Positions 55,926-64,000 of a stretch of 64,000 bases of DNA are shown in pieces. This DNA is from Candidatus Beckwithbacteria bacterium GW2011_GWC1_49_16 (GTDB taxonomy: Bacteria; Patescibacteriota; Microgenomatia; UBA1400; CG1-02-47-37): assembly GCA_001029675.1 (NCBI GenBank), contig CP011210.1, positions 256,193-320,192 of the forward strand. Reading direction: 5' to 3'. The number at the start of each line of letters is the position of its first letter. Within the stretch, counting starts at the first letter, position 1. The translations under genes were made by a program, and so were the position numbers. A model generated the notes under the pieces. The model was not told the origin of the DNA and did no database searches. It saw nothing but the letters and a program-made list of their open reading frames with translations.

Positions 55926-56350
55926 TTTCAGTTGATAAGATCCGAACTGATCTAAACCAGGCAGTTAAAGCCAAGGACGCCGACAAGGTGTCGACCTTGA
56001 GAATGTTGTTGGCGGCGCTTCATAACGCCGAGATTGAAAAAAAGGGCGGACTTGAAAGTCAAGATGTGTTGAGGGTGTTAAAACAAGAGGCCAAAAAAAG
56101 GCAGGAATCGATCGAAGCCTACAGGAAAGGTGGGAGGCCGGAATTGGCGGACAAGGAAACAAGCGAGCTTAAAATAATTAAAGCGTATTTACCCCAAGAA
56201 ATGGGCGAGGAGGAAATAAGGCAGGCGGTGAAGGCAGTTCTCGCCGAGGCTAAAGGAGATTTTGGCCAGGCGATGAAGCTAGCGATGGTTAGGCTTGCCG
56301 GTAAGGCAGACGGGGCGGTGGTAGCCAGAATTGTAAAGCAAGAGTTATGA
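55922..56350 (+). CDS. GatB/YqeY domain protein
   Basis: Typical YqeY length and helical pattern (LRMLLAALHNAEIEKK). Confidence 0.75.
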   Translation: MISVDKIRTDLNQAVKAKDADKVSTLRMLLAALHNAEIEKKGGLESQDVLRVLKQEAKKRQESIEAYRKGGRPELADKETSELKIIKAYLPQEMGEEEIRQAVKAVLAEAKGDFGQAMKLAMVRLAGKADGAVVARIVKQEL

Positions 56351-56715
56351 GGTTGTCGGTGAGGCTGGCCTCACGCTACCGGGTCAAAAAAGAACTGCTG
56401 GAGCAAGCGGTCGCCAGGGTGATCAAAGGCCACGGTTTGACCGGTAATGTCGAGGTTTCGGTGAGCTTGGTTGACGACAAAAAGATGACTCAGCTCAACC
56501 GAAAATACATGGGAAAGCTTGGGACGACGGATGTTTTGAGTTTCCCTCTCGATAAAGAGCCAGGGCCGGATGGGGTGGTGAGATTGGGAGACGTGGTGGT
56601 AAGTTTTCCCGAGGCCACCAGGCAGGCAAACGAACGTGGGGTGGGGGTTGACGAAAGTTTGCGGTTTTTGACCGAGCACGGGGTGCTCCATCTTCTCGGA
56701 GTACATCATGACTAA
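56347..56715 (+). CDS. ybeY: rRNA maturation endoribonuclease YbeY
   Basis: HGVLHLLGVHHD zinc-binding motif. Confidence 0.85.
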   Translation: MRLSVRLASRYRVKKELLEQAVARVIKGHGLTGNVEVSVSLVDDKKMTQLNRKYMGKLGTTDVLSFPLDKEPGPDGVVRLGDVVVSFPEATRQANERGVGVDESLRFLTEHGVLHLLGVHHD

Positions 56716-56770
56716 ATTGACCTAATTTCTAATTGACCTAATCAATGACCAATGACACAATGACTAATAA
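56716..56770 (+). repeat. intergenic array of degenerate TTGACCTAAT units (ttgacctaat, ttgacctaat, tgaccaat, tgactaat) upstream of dnaX
   Basis: Direct reading. The same unit pair ttgacctaat / ttaacctaag occurs upstream of mreB at 15991-16016. Confidence 0.5.
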
Positions 56771-56779
56771 ATAAAAAGT

Positions 56780-58222
56780 ATGGCGTACTATTTAAAATAC
56801 CGGCCGCAAAAAATTTCTGATTTGGATATTAAGGAGGTTAGCTCTGCTTTGGGCGAGATTTTGGCAGCCAAAGACGTGCCCCACGCCTTTTTGTTTGTGG
56901 GGCCTAAAGGTACGGGTAAGACGTCGGCGGCCAGGATCGTAGCCAAGGCGGTAAACTGCACGGCTAAAAGGGGTAATCCGCCAGCCGGCGGAGAGCCGTG
57001 TAACAAGTGTGAGGCGTGTTTGAGTTTGAGCCGAGGGAACGCTTTAGATTTGATCGAGATCGACGCGGCCTCAAATCGGGGAATTGACGATATCCGGGAT
57101 TTACGGGAAAAGATCAGGCTGGCGCCGGCAAATTTAAGCAAAAAAGTCTACATCATTGACGAAGCCCACATGCTGACCAAGGAGGCCTTTAACGCGTTAC
57201 TGAAAACCCTGGAAGAGCCTCCAGAGCACGCTGTGTTTGTGCTTTGCACCACTCAAGCCGAGAAGATACCGGGGACGATTGCCTCGCGCTGTTGGCAGGT
57301 TAATTTTAGAAAGGCTAACTTAGAAGAAATTATCAGGGCGTTGACCCGGGTGGTCAAGGGAGAGAAGCTTAAAATTAGCCTCAATGATTTAAGGCTTATT
57401 GCCAAACAGGCCGGAGGAAGCTTCAGGGACGCGGTCAAAATTTTGGAGCAGTTGGCGGCGGCGGGGAAAAAGATCAGTTCGGCCAAAGTTGGTGAGGTGT
57501 TAAAGACAAAGTTGATGGGTGAGGAGCTTGATGACTGGTTGGTACTGGTTTACCAAAAAGAGGTTAATAAAGCTTTGGAGTGGTTAAGAAAAGCGGGCGA
57601 ACAAGGCATCGACGTGAAGCAGTTGGCGATTAACCTGGTGGAGCGGTTGAGGCAAGTGTTGTTTTTGCGCTTGGGCGTTGAGGAGGAGGCAAGCGACATC
57701 GACGAGCTAAAAGACAAAGATGAAGTTAAAAAATTGCTGGCGCTTTTGGCGGCGGCGGCCGAAAAAATTAAAGGAGCGGTAATAGAAAGTTTGCCTTTGG
57801 AGTTGGCGGTGGTGGAGTGGTCCGCCTCTGCTAAAGCTTCGGAGGATAAAGGGGGTAACCCCAGCCCACCCAGCCCAGAGCCTGATTTAAAAACCAAGTC
57901 GGGAAAGCTTAGCTTGAAGGCGGTGGAGGATAGGTGGGACGAGGTGCTAAAAGCCTTGCGGCCCCACAACCATAGTTTAGAGGCACTGCTGCGGGCGACC
58001 AAACCGACCGGTTTTGACGGTAAGAACCTGGTTTTAGAAGTGTTTTATCGGTTTCACAAAGAGCGTTTGGAGATAGCCCGCTACCGCGAGTTGGTAGAGA
58101 CGGTGGCTTCAAAAGTGCTTAAAAGCCCGGTGGGGGTGAGGTATTATTTAAGCGAGAAGGGGAAGAAAAGCAACGACGATGATATTATTAAAACTGCTCA
58201 GGAAGTTTTTGGGGGGAGGTGA
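56780..58222 (+). CDS. dnaX: DNA polymerase III subunit gamma/tau
   Basis: FVGPKGTGKTSAARI Walker A; CNKCEAC zinc module; sensor motifs. Confidence 0.85.
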   Translation: MAYYLKYRPQKISDLDIKEVSSALGEILAAKDVPHAFLFVGPKGTGKTSAARIVAKAVNCTAKRGNPPAGGEPCNKCEACLSLSRGNALDLIEIDAASNRGIDDIRDLREKIRLAPANLSKKVYIIDEAHMLTKEAFNALLKTLEEPPEHAVFVLCTTQAEKIPGTIASRCWQVNFRKANLEEIIRALTRVVKGEKLKISLNDLRLIAKQAGGSFRDAVKILEQLAAAGKKISSAKVGEVLKTKLMGEELDDWLVLVYQKEVNKALEWLRKAGEQGIDVKQLAINLVERLRQVLFLRLGVEEEASDIDELKDKDEVKKLLALLAAAAEKIKGAVIESLPLELAVVEWSASAKASEDKGGNPSPPSPEPDLKTKSGKLSLKAVEDRWDEVLKALRPHNHSLEALLRATKPTGFDGKNLVLEVFYRFHKERLEIARYRELVETVASKVLKSPVGVRYYLSEKGKKSNDDDIIKTAQEVFGGR

Positions 58223-58229
58223 AGGATAA

Positions 58230-58532
58230 ATGTTTGATAAAGTCAAACAGTTGGGCCAGTTGAAAAAAATGCGCGATCAGGCCCTAAAGATTCAGAAACA
58301 GCTGGCAGCAGAAACGATCGAACTTGATGAGGACGGAGTCAAGGTGGTGATTTCGGGTGACCAAAAACTGGTGAGTCTAGCCATAGATGGTATGGCCAAC
58401 GAGCGGGTGATGGCAGTAGTCAACAAAGCGGTAAAAAAGTCTCAAGAGTTGGCAGCGCGTAAATTGGCCGAGATGAGCGGGGGCTTAACGGGGCTGCTAA
58501 AAGGCCAAGGGCCGATGGGGGCAGGCGAGTAA
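58230..58532 (+). CDS. ybaB: nucleoid-associated protein YbaB/EbfC
   Basis: MFDKVKQLGQLKKMRDQALKIQKQL. Confidence 0.85.
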   Translation: MFDKVKQLGQLKKMRDQALKIQKQLAAETIELDEDGVKVVISGDQKLVSLAIDGMANERVMAVVNKAVKKSQELAARKLAEMSGGLTGLLKGQGPMGAGE

Positions 58533-58534
58533 GT

Positions 58535-59329
58535 TTAACTAAATCTTTCAAAGTCGATTTCGGATTCAACCGGGGGTTTGCCGAAGTGAAGGTAAGCGTT
58601 GCCGGAGCGCAAAAAGACCTCGATGAAAGGGTCGGGGCCGCCGGAACTGCCGGGGGCAAAAGCCAGGTCGCCGGCCTTGACGGCAAAGTTGCCGTTGGCG
58701 TAGTAGGCGGTATGGGTCAAGTGGTTGATGGTGATTCTTAGTTTTTCTCCGGGCTTGAATTTAACCTTAGAGCTTCTGACGGTGGTTTTGAGGTTGCCGT
58801 AGGAGTCGATGTGCATTAGCCGGTTTGGGGGAACTTCCGGTATGGTGGTTTTAGAAATTGGCGGACCTAAGTACTTTAATTTTTTGCCGCTTAAAATGCC
58901 GACGGCGGCTTGGGGCCAGAAGTCGCGGGAGCGAAACTGGGAGCCGCTGTGTTTGACGTTGACTAATTGGAGTTTTTTGATATGGGATTTTATAAAGCTT
59001 AAACAGTAGCCGGCGTTGACGGCGCAGATTTCCACGCCGTTTTCAAGCTTGAGGTAAACGAATTTTTCGCCTTCATTTTGAAGGCGCTTTTGGGGGTTGT
59101 CCTTCCGGGGAGCGGTGTTGGAGTAGATAAATAAGTTTTGGCTGGGGTTGTAAAGGGTTAGTTGGGCTAGACAAAAGCCAGTGTTGAGCGTGGAAAAAGG
59201 CGGAGTCGAGGTGGCAAAAACTTCGGCTTGGGGTAGCAGCTGTTTAAATCTTTGAATAACTTCGGCGAAGGCTAAATCACCGGTGCCGTAGTCAGCGACG
59301 ATATGGATGAAGGGAACTTTTGCGGCCAC
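58535..59329 (-). CDS. SAM hydroxide adenosyltransferase / SAM hydrolase (DUF62, fluorinase-chlorinase family)
   Basis: IHIVADYGTGDLAFAEV N-terminus; IDSYGNL motif. Confidence 0.55.
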   Translation of the reverse strand: MAAKVPFIHIVADYGTGDLAFAEVIQRFKQLLPQAEVFATSTPPFSTLNTGFCLAQLTLYNPSQNLFIYSNTAPRKDNPQKRLQNEGEKFVYLKLENGVEICAVNAGYCLSFIKSHIKKLQLVNVKHSGSQFRSRDFWPQAAVGILSGKKLKYLGPPISKTTIPEVPPNRLMHIDSYGNLKTTVRSSKVKFKPGEKLRITINHLTHTAYYANGNFAVKAGDLAFAPGSSGGPDPFIEVFLRSGNAYLHFGKPPVESEIDFERFS

Positions 59330-59351
59330 GGGGCTATGTTATACTGGGAAG

Positions 59352-59951
59352 ATGAAGTTGGCAAGGGGGGCAAGACGTTTAATCGACGCTTTTGAGCGCT
59401 TACCGGGTATTGGTCCCAAAACCGCCCAACGCTTAACTTTTTATCTGCTTCATAACCCGCAGAGCCAGCTAACCGAGTTTGGCGAGGCGGTCAGCCGGTT
59501 GAAACTGGATACCAAAGAGTGCGGTTTGTGCTTTAACGTGGGGGAAAAAGACCCGTGTGAAATTTGCACCGATAGAAACCGGGATCAAAGTAAAATTTGC
59601 GTGGTGGAGAGCGTCTTGGATATTTTAGCTATCGAGCGGGGTGGGTTTTACAGCGGTTTATACCACGCTCTGGGAGGGGCGATTTCGCCTTTAAATAACA
59701 TTGGGCCGGAAGAGCTTCATTTGAGAGAGCTAACGCCCAGGATTAAAAACGGTAAAGTAAGCGAAGTGATTATTGCTACTAACCCGAGTATGGAAGGAGA
59801 AGCCACGGCGATGTACATCGCCAAGTTAATTGGCAAACGCAAAACTCTTAAGATTACCCGGATCGGGCGGGGACTGCCGACCGGGGCCGATTTGGAGTAT
59901 GCTGACGAAGAGACTTTGAACCGCGCCTTTGAAGGCAGAAAGGAGTTTTGA
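59352..59951 (+). CDS. recR: recombination protein RecR
   Basis: HhH LPGIGPKTAQRL; Cys4 CGLCFNVGEKDPCEIC; Toprim. Confidence 0.85.
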   Translation: MKLARGARRLIDAFERLPGIGPKTAQRLTFYLLHNPQSQLTEFGEAVSRLKLDTKECGLCFNVGEKDPCEICTDRNRDQSKICVVESVLDILAIERGGFYSGLYHALGGAISPLNNIGPEELHLRELTPRIKNGKVSEVIIATNPSMEGEATAMYIAKLIGKRKTLKITRIGRGLPTGADLEYADEETLNRAFEGRKEF

Positions 59952-60475
59952 TGCCCAAGACAGTGGTGCGAGACGTTTTCGGCGAGTTATTGGAGACCGA
60001 TAAACAAACGGTTAAAGCCGGCGGCAAGGCGGCAGGCGATGTGGCTAAGCAAACGGCCAAAACGTTTTTGGGCCAGGGACAAACTGGAGGCCAGCGGCCT
60101 CCGGCGCCGTCTGCGGCCATTGACAGAATGGAAAGCCTGCGTCAGCAAAGGCAGCAGCAACAGCAAAGGGAGCAGGGAGAGGAAGAGACGAGAAAGAAGC
60201 AGATCGAAAAGTTGAAACAGATGGATAAGGATCGATCGAGAAAGGCCTACGAGGAAATCCAGCAGCAGATAAGACACTATCAAAAAATAAAAGCCAGCCA
60301 GCCGAGAAAGTATGTCACGGCTGCTCCGACTTTTGACCAAGAGCAAGTCGAGGACCCGGAAGGGTTTATGGAGAAGATGAAGAAAAAGGCGGCCAAAGCA
60401 AAGGAAAAGTTTTTGCCCTGGACTTCGAAAAAGGGCATGGGCACGGGAGAAATACAAAGAGGGGTGTCGGGATGA
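59948..60475 (+). CDS. hypothetical K/E/Q-rich coiled-coil protein
   Basis: RQQRQQQQQREQGEEETRKKQIEKLKQ low-complexity helix; translationally coupled to recR and cysS. Confidence 0.4.
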   Translation: MMPKTVVRDVFGELLETDKQTVKAGGKAAGDVAKQTAKTFLGQGQTGGQRPPAPSAAIDRMESLRQQRQQQQQREQGEEETRKKQIEKLKQMDKDRSRKAYEEIQQQIRHYQKIKASQPRKYVTAAPTFDQEQVEDPEGFMEKMKKKAAKAKEKFLPWTSKKGMGTGEIQRGVSG

Positions 60476-61893
60476 AGCTCTACAACAGCCTAACCCGAAA
60501 GCTTGAGGAGTTTAAACCGATTGTGTCGGGCAAAGCGGGGGTGTATACCTGCGGGCCGACGGTTTACGACTACATTCACATCGGTAACTGGCGTACCTAC
60601 GTGCTGGGAGATTTGTTAGTCAGGACGCTAACCTGGAATGGATTTAAAATTGATTACATTATGAACATTACCGATGTGGGGCACTTGACCGGCGACAATG
60701 CGGGAGACGCGGATACGGGTGAGGATAGGATGGAGAAGGCGGCGGAACGCGAGGGTAAAACGGCTTGGGAGATAGCCAAGTTTTATACCCAGGATTTTTT
60801 GGCTGGCTACGACAAGCTTAATTTAATCAAGCCGAAACAGTTTACCAAGGCCACGGAACATATAGCCGAGCAAATAGAACTGGTGAAAAAAATTGAGGCG
60901 GCAGGATTCACCTACAAGATCGAAGACGGCATTTACTTTGACATCCAGGCTTATGAAGCGGCGGGTAATACCTACGGGGCGTTATCGACCCTGGACCAGC
61001 GGGAGGCGGGGGCAAGGATTGAGCCTAACCCCGACAAAAAAGACCGGCGGGACTTTGCTTTGTGGAAATTTTCCCCCTCGACTGCGCTCGGGGCTGTAGT
61101 TCCCAAGCGGGAGATGGAGTGGGATAGCCCCTGGGGCGTGGGATTTCCCGGTTGGCACGTTGAATGTTCGGCGATGAGCATGGGCTATTTAGGGGAACAG
61201 TTTGATATCCATATCGGCGGAGAGGACTTAAGAAGCACCCACCACCCCAATGAAATCGCCCAGTCAGAGGCGGCAACCGGTAAGAAGCCGTTTGTCAAAT
61301 ATTGGCTGCACGGGGCCCACCTTTTGGTTGAAGGGGGCAGGATGGGTAAAAGCCTAGGTAACGCCTACACTTTGGCGGATTTAACCAAGCGCGGCTTTGA
61401 ACCCTTGGCTTTGCGCTACTTTTATTTGACCGGCCACTACAGAAAGCAATTAAACTTTACTTTTGAGGCTTTGGGTGCGGCCAGTGAGGCTTATAAAAAA
61501 CTAAGACAGGTGGCTGGTTCATGGCTGGGGCAAAAAGGCAGAACCAGTTTGAGCCAAGAAAAGCTCGAAAAACTTCAGGGTTTATCCTTGAAGTTTAGGC
61601 AGGCGGTAGAGAATGATTTGAACTTTCCCGAAGCTTTAGCGGTGGTATGGGAGATGGCCAAAAGCAACCTTCCGGAGCAGGACAAGAGTGAGCTTATGAC
61701 TGATTGGGATCAAGTATTGGGGTTAAAGTTAACCGAGCCGCCGCAGAAGGTAAAGGTGCCGGAAGAGGTTGAAAAGCTTATGGCCGAGCGGGAAAGGCTG
61801 CGGCAAGCCGGTGACTTTTCTAAGGCGGATAAGCTAAGAGAGGAAATTGAGGAAAAGGGTTTTAAGGTTGAGGATGACAAAATTAAGGCTTGA
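60472..61893 (+). CDS. cysS: cysteinyl-tRNA synthetase
   Basis: HIGN and RMGKSLGN (KMSKS) class I motifs. Confidence 0.9.
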   Translation: MKLYNSLTRKLEEFKPIVSGKAGVYTCGPTVYDYIHIGNWRTYVLGDLLVRTLTWNGFKIDYIMNITDVGHLTGDNAGDADTGEDRMEKAAEREGKTAWEIAKFYTQDFLAGYDKLNLIKPKQFTKATEHIAEQIELVKKIEAAGFTYKIEDGIYFDIQAYEAAGNTYGALSTLDQREAGARIEPNPDKKDRRDFALWKFSPSTALGAVVPKREMEWDSPWGVGFPGWHVECSAMSMGYLGEQFDIHIGGEDLRSTHHPNEIAQSEAATGKKPFVKYWLHGAHLLVEGGRMGKSLGNAYTLADLTKRGFEPLALRYFYLTGHYRKQLNFTFEALGAASEAYKKLRQVAGSWLGQKGRTSLSQEKLEKLQGLSLKFRQAVENDLNFPEALAVVWEMAKSNLPEQDKSELMTDWDQVLGLKLTEPPQKVKVPEEVEKLMAERERLRQAGDFSKADKLREEIEEKGFKVEDDKIKA

Positions 61894-61965
61894 CAGGAAG
61901 GAAGATGATCGGTAGATTTAGTCTATCTGTTAGTCTATTCGGGTAAAAATCCAAAAAGACTAAGT

Positions 61966-64000
61966 TTGACAATCGAGTCTTTTGGCGGCAAGGCTTTTAA
62001 TCTTTTTAAGATGGCCGCGTTTAACAAGGTGGCGGTGCCGCCTTTTTTTGTGGTTTCGGCAGATTTGTACCGGTTGCTTTTGAAGGAAGACAAAGCCTTG
62101 GCGCAGATGGTGGGGCGGTTGAACGACGGTTTGAAATTGCCCCAAGTGGAGGAGTTGACTGAAAAGATCCGCGGCTATTTTGGCAAGGTGACTTTGCCCA
62201 CTGCGGCGGAAAAAGAAATCATTACCGCCTACCAAAATTTAGACGGGATCAAACCCTTAGTGGCGGTCAGGTCCTCGGCGACGACTGAAGACTTAGCCGA
62301 GGCTTCGTTTGCCGGCCAGCAGGACACCTATCTTAATGTTTCCGGAGACAGGCAGCTTCTTACCAGCGTCAAGAAGTGTTTGGCGTCGCTCTTTACCACC
62401 AGGGCGGTGATGTACCGCAGGCGACAGAAAGTTAGTCAAAAGCGGGCGGCGTTGAGCGTGGTGGTGCAGAAAATGGTTAAACCAGTAGTTTCCGGGGTGG
62501 CTTTTTCGGTGGAGCCGACGACGGGTTTTGCCAGGGTAGTGAGGATTGAAGCCGCCTTTGGACTGGGCGAGGGCATTGTTCAGGGGCTGGTAACCCCGGA
62601 TACTTTTTTGGTGACCAAAAGCGGCGTGATGCTGGCACGCGACATGGGGGCTAAAGAAAAGCAGGTGGTCAAAGCGGCGGGGCGGGGGACTAAGATCGTC
62701 GCCACGTCAAAAAAGCAAGCGAGGAGTTGGACCCTGACCGACGGGCAAGTTTTGCGCCTGGCAGAAACGGTAAAAGAGATCGAGAGCTATTACGGCCATT
62801 TTGTCGACGTCGAGTACGCGGTCGACTCAAAGGGCAAGATTTGGTTGCTCCAAGTGCGGCCGGAAACTAAGTGGCAGGCATTGGCTGATAAAAATCCCAG
62901 CTTAATTCCTTTGAGCCAAGCCAGATTGGATGCCGAAGTAGCCAGGAAGCCAACTTTGACCGGTTTGGGAGTGTCGCCCGGAGCCGCCGCCGGCCGTGCG
63001 GTGTTTTTAGGGGAGGGAGAGTCGCTTTTAAAGGTGAAACCGGGGAACATTTTGCTTACCAAAAGGACTGACCCGGACATGGTGCCGGCGATGCAGGTTT
63101 GCGGTGGGGTAGTGACGGCGGTGGGCGGCAGAACCTCGCACGCAGCTATAGTTTCTCGAGAATTGACCCTGCCGGCAGTGGTGGGCACGGAAAATTTGGG
63201 TCAACTGAAGCGTCTGGACGGGCAAGACCTGACGATCGATGGCGACACCGGGTTGGTTTACCGCGGGCTCTTGCCTTTAAAAAAGCGGTCTGCGGACATT
63301 GATACCGGAAACGTTCCCAAGACCCGGACCCGAGTGGGGTTGATTTTGGCCGACGTTAACCAGGCGTTTAAACTTTCAAAGCTCTCCGAAAATGATTTTG
63401 AGGTGGGACTACTTCGGGCTGAGTTTATTTTGGGCCGGATCGGCATCCACCCCAAAGCTTTGGATGAGTTTGACCAAGGTAAACTGGCGCGCACCGCCCC
63501 AAAAGTGTCTCAAGCGATAAAAGACAAGCTGGTAAGTTCCGGCTTTACCTCGGGCAAGAAGTATTTTGTCGACGGGTTGGCTAGCGGCATGGGGGCGTTT
63601 GCCCAGGCTTTTTTTGGCCGGCCGGTGATTTACCGGACGACGGATTTTAAAACCAACGAATATAAGGCACAGTTAGTCGGCGGCGAGCTTTATGAGCCAG
63701 ATGAGGATAACCCGATGCTGGGCAACCGGGGAACGGGTAGGTATTTACAGGATGAGAATTTGAAATATTTAGGCTGGGAGCTTGAAGCCTTAGATATTGC
63801 CCGGTCAAAATTCGAAGGCGACAACTTAGAGCTAATGCTGCCGTTTGTCAGGACGCTGTTTGAAGCCCAAGAAGCGCTGAAGTTTATCAAGGCCAAAGCG
63901 AAAACAGGCAAGCTCAAAGTGATTGCCATGTCGGAAATTCCGTCCAATGCTCTTATTGCCACAGAGTTTATCAAAGTGTTTGACGGTTTTTCCTTGGGGA
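61966..64000 (+). CDS. ppsA: PEP-utilising enzyme (phosphoenolpyruvate synthase / pyruvate phosphate dikinase family), partial. It has a TTG start and runs off the window
   Basis: FGGKAFNL ATP-grasp N-terminus; phosphohistidine domain GGRTSHAAIVSRELTLPAVVG; C-terminal PEP-binding TIM region. It is absent from the ORF track because no stop codon lies within the window. Confidence 0.7.
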   Translation, partial: MTIESFGGKAFNLFKMAAFNKVAVPPFFVVSADLYRLLLKEDKALAQMVGRLNDGLKLPQVEELTEKIRGYFGKVTLPTAAEKEIITAYQNLDGIKPLVAVRSSATTEDLAEASFAGQQDTYLNVSGDRQLLTSVKKCLASLFTTRAVMYRRRQKVSQKRAALSVVVQKMVKPVVSGVAFSVEPTTGFARVVRIEAAFGLGEGIVQGLVTPDTFLVTKSGVMLARDMGAKEKQVVKAAGRGTKIVATSKKQARSWTLTDGQVLRLAETVKEIESYYGHFVDVEYAVDSKGKIWLLQVRPETKWQALADKNPSLIPLSQARLDAEVARKPTLTGLGVSPGAAAGRAVFLGEGESLLKVKPGNILLTKRTDPDMVPAMQVCGGVVTAVGGRTSHAAIVSRELTLPAVVGTENLGQLKRLDGQDLTIDGDTGLVYRGLLPLKKRSADIDTGNVPKTRTRVGLILADVNQAFKLSKLSENDFEVGLLRAEFILGRIGIHPKALDEFDQGKLARTAPKVSQAIKDKLVSSGFTSGKKYFVDGLASGMGAFAQAFFGRPVIYRTTDFKTNEYKAQLVGGELYEPDEDNPMLGNRGTGRYLQDENLKYLGWELEALDIARSKFEGDNLELMLPFVRTLFEAQEALKFIKAKAKTGKLKVIAMSEIPSNALIATEFIKVFDGFSLG

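Noticed and set aside
61960-62235. 91-aa minus-strand ORF
   Set aside because: Antisense to the clearly coding N-terminus of the PEP-synthase-like gene (GGK...NLG ATP-grasp motif on the plus strand).
1-64000. rRNA genes
   Set aside because: No stretch resembles the conserved 16S or 23S cores (for example GTGCCAGCAGCCGCGGTAA is absent). The four-helix-bundle remnant at 17125 is not accompanied by rRNA sequence.

Overview
This 64-kb window looks like a reduced-genome bacterium of the Patescibacteria/CPR type. GC is roughly 50% by eye. Several housekeeping proteins are unusually short: EF-Ts 151 aa, Fmt 231 aa, PBP2 479 aa, and a ProRS with no editing domain. Coding is dense and mostly on the + strand. 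Recognisable core genes are galU, rpoD, def-fmt, nadD, rpmB, rpmG, mreBCD-mrdA, dprA, topA, rpsB-tsf-frr-rseP, proS, rpsU, ybeY, dnaX-ybaB-recR, cysS and a partial ppsA-like gene. A nucleotide-metabolism supercluster of about 16 kb spans 27.2-43.7 kb. It contains a tdk-dNK fusion, a second dNK, tmk, an argG-MGS fusion, a dihydroorotase-like amidohydrolase, pyrD, pyrE, pyrF, prs, a PRTase, guaA, a third dNK, glyA and folD. Six tRNA genes are present: Trp, Ala, Thr-GGU, Tyr, Thr-UGU, and a 26-nt duplicated 3' fragment of tRNA-Tyr. I found no rRNA and no CRISPR array. Accessory content falls into six groups. (1) A decayed AT-rich islet sits at tRNA-Tyr, bounded by a 26-bp direct repeat of the tRNA 3' end. 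It carries a GNAT gene and a GT-C-like membrane protein, and is interleaved with a roughly 110-bp duplicated 5' fragment of a HAD gene and a frameshifted P-loop gene. (2) An HTH/LAGLIDADG-like ORF runs in-frame into tRNA-Ala and is inserted antisense within the tRNA-Thr / rpmG / tRNA-Trp array. (3) A roughly 295-bp MITE-like element with imperfect terminal inverted repeats carries a remnant four-helix-bundle ORF between mreB and mreC. (4) Four type-II toxin-antitoxin modules are present: RHH-PIN, two paralogous AbrB-PIN pairs, and RelB-YafQ. (5) Two adjacent paralogous secreted proteins share a C-terminal PT-rich linker and a C-x3-C-x9-C-x3-C tail. (6) Between TA modules lies a cluster of a small RHH protein, an 799-aa membrane-anchored acidic protein, a small TM protein and a Cys-rich secreted protein. 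All calls are made by eye from the translated ORFs and the raw sequence. No database search was run.
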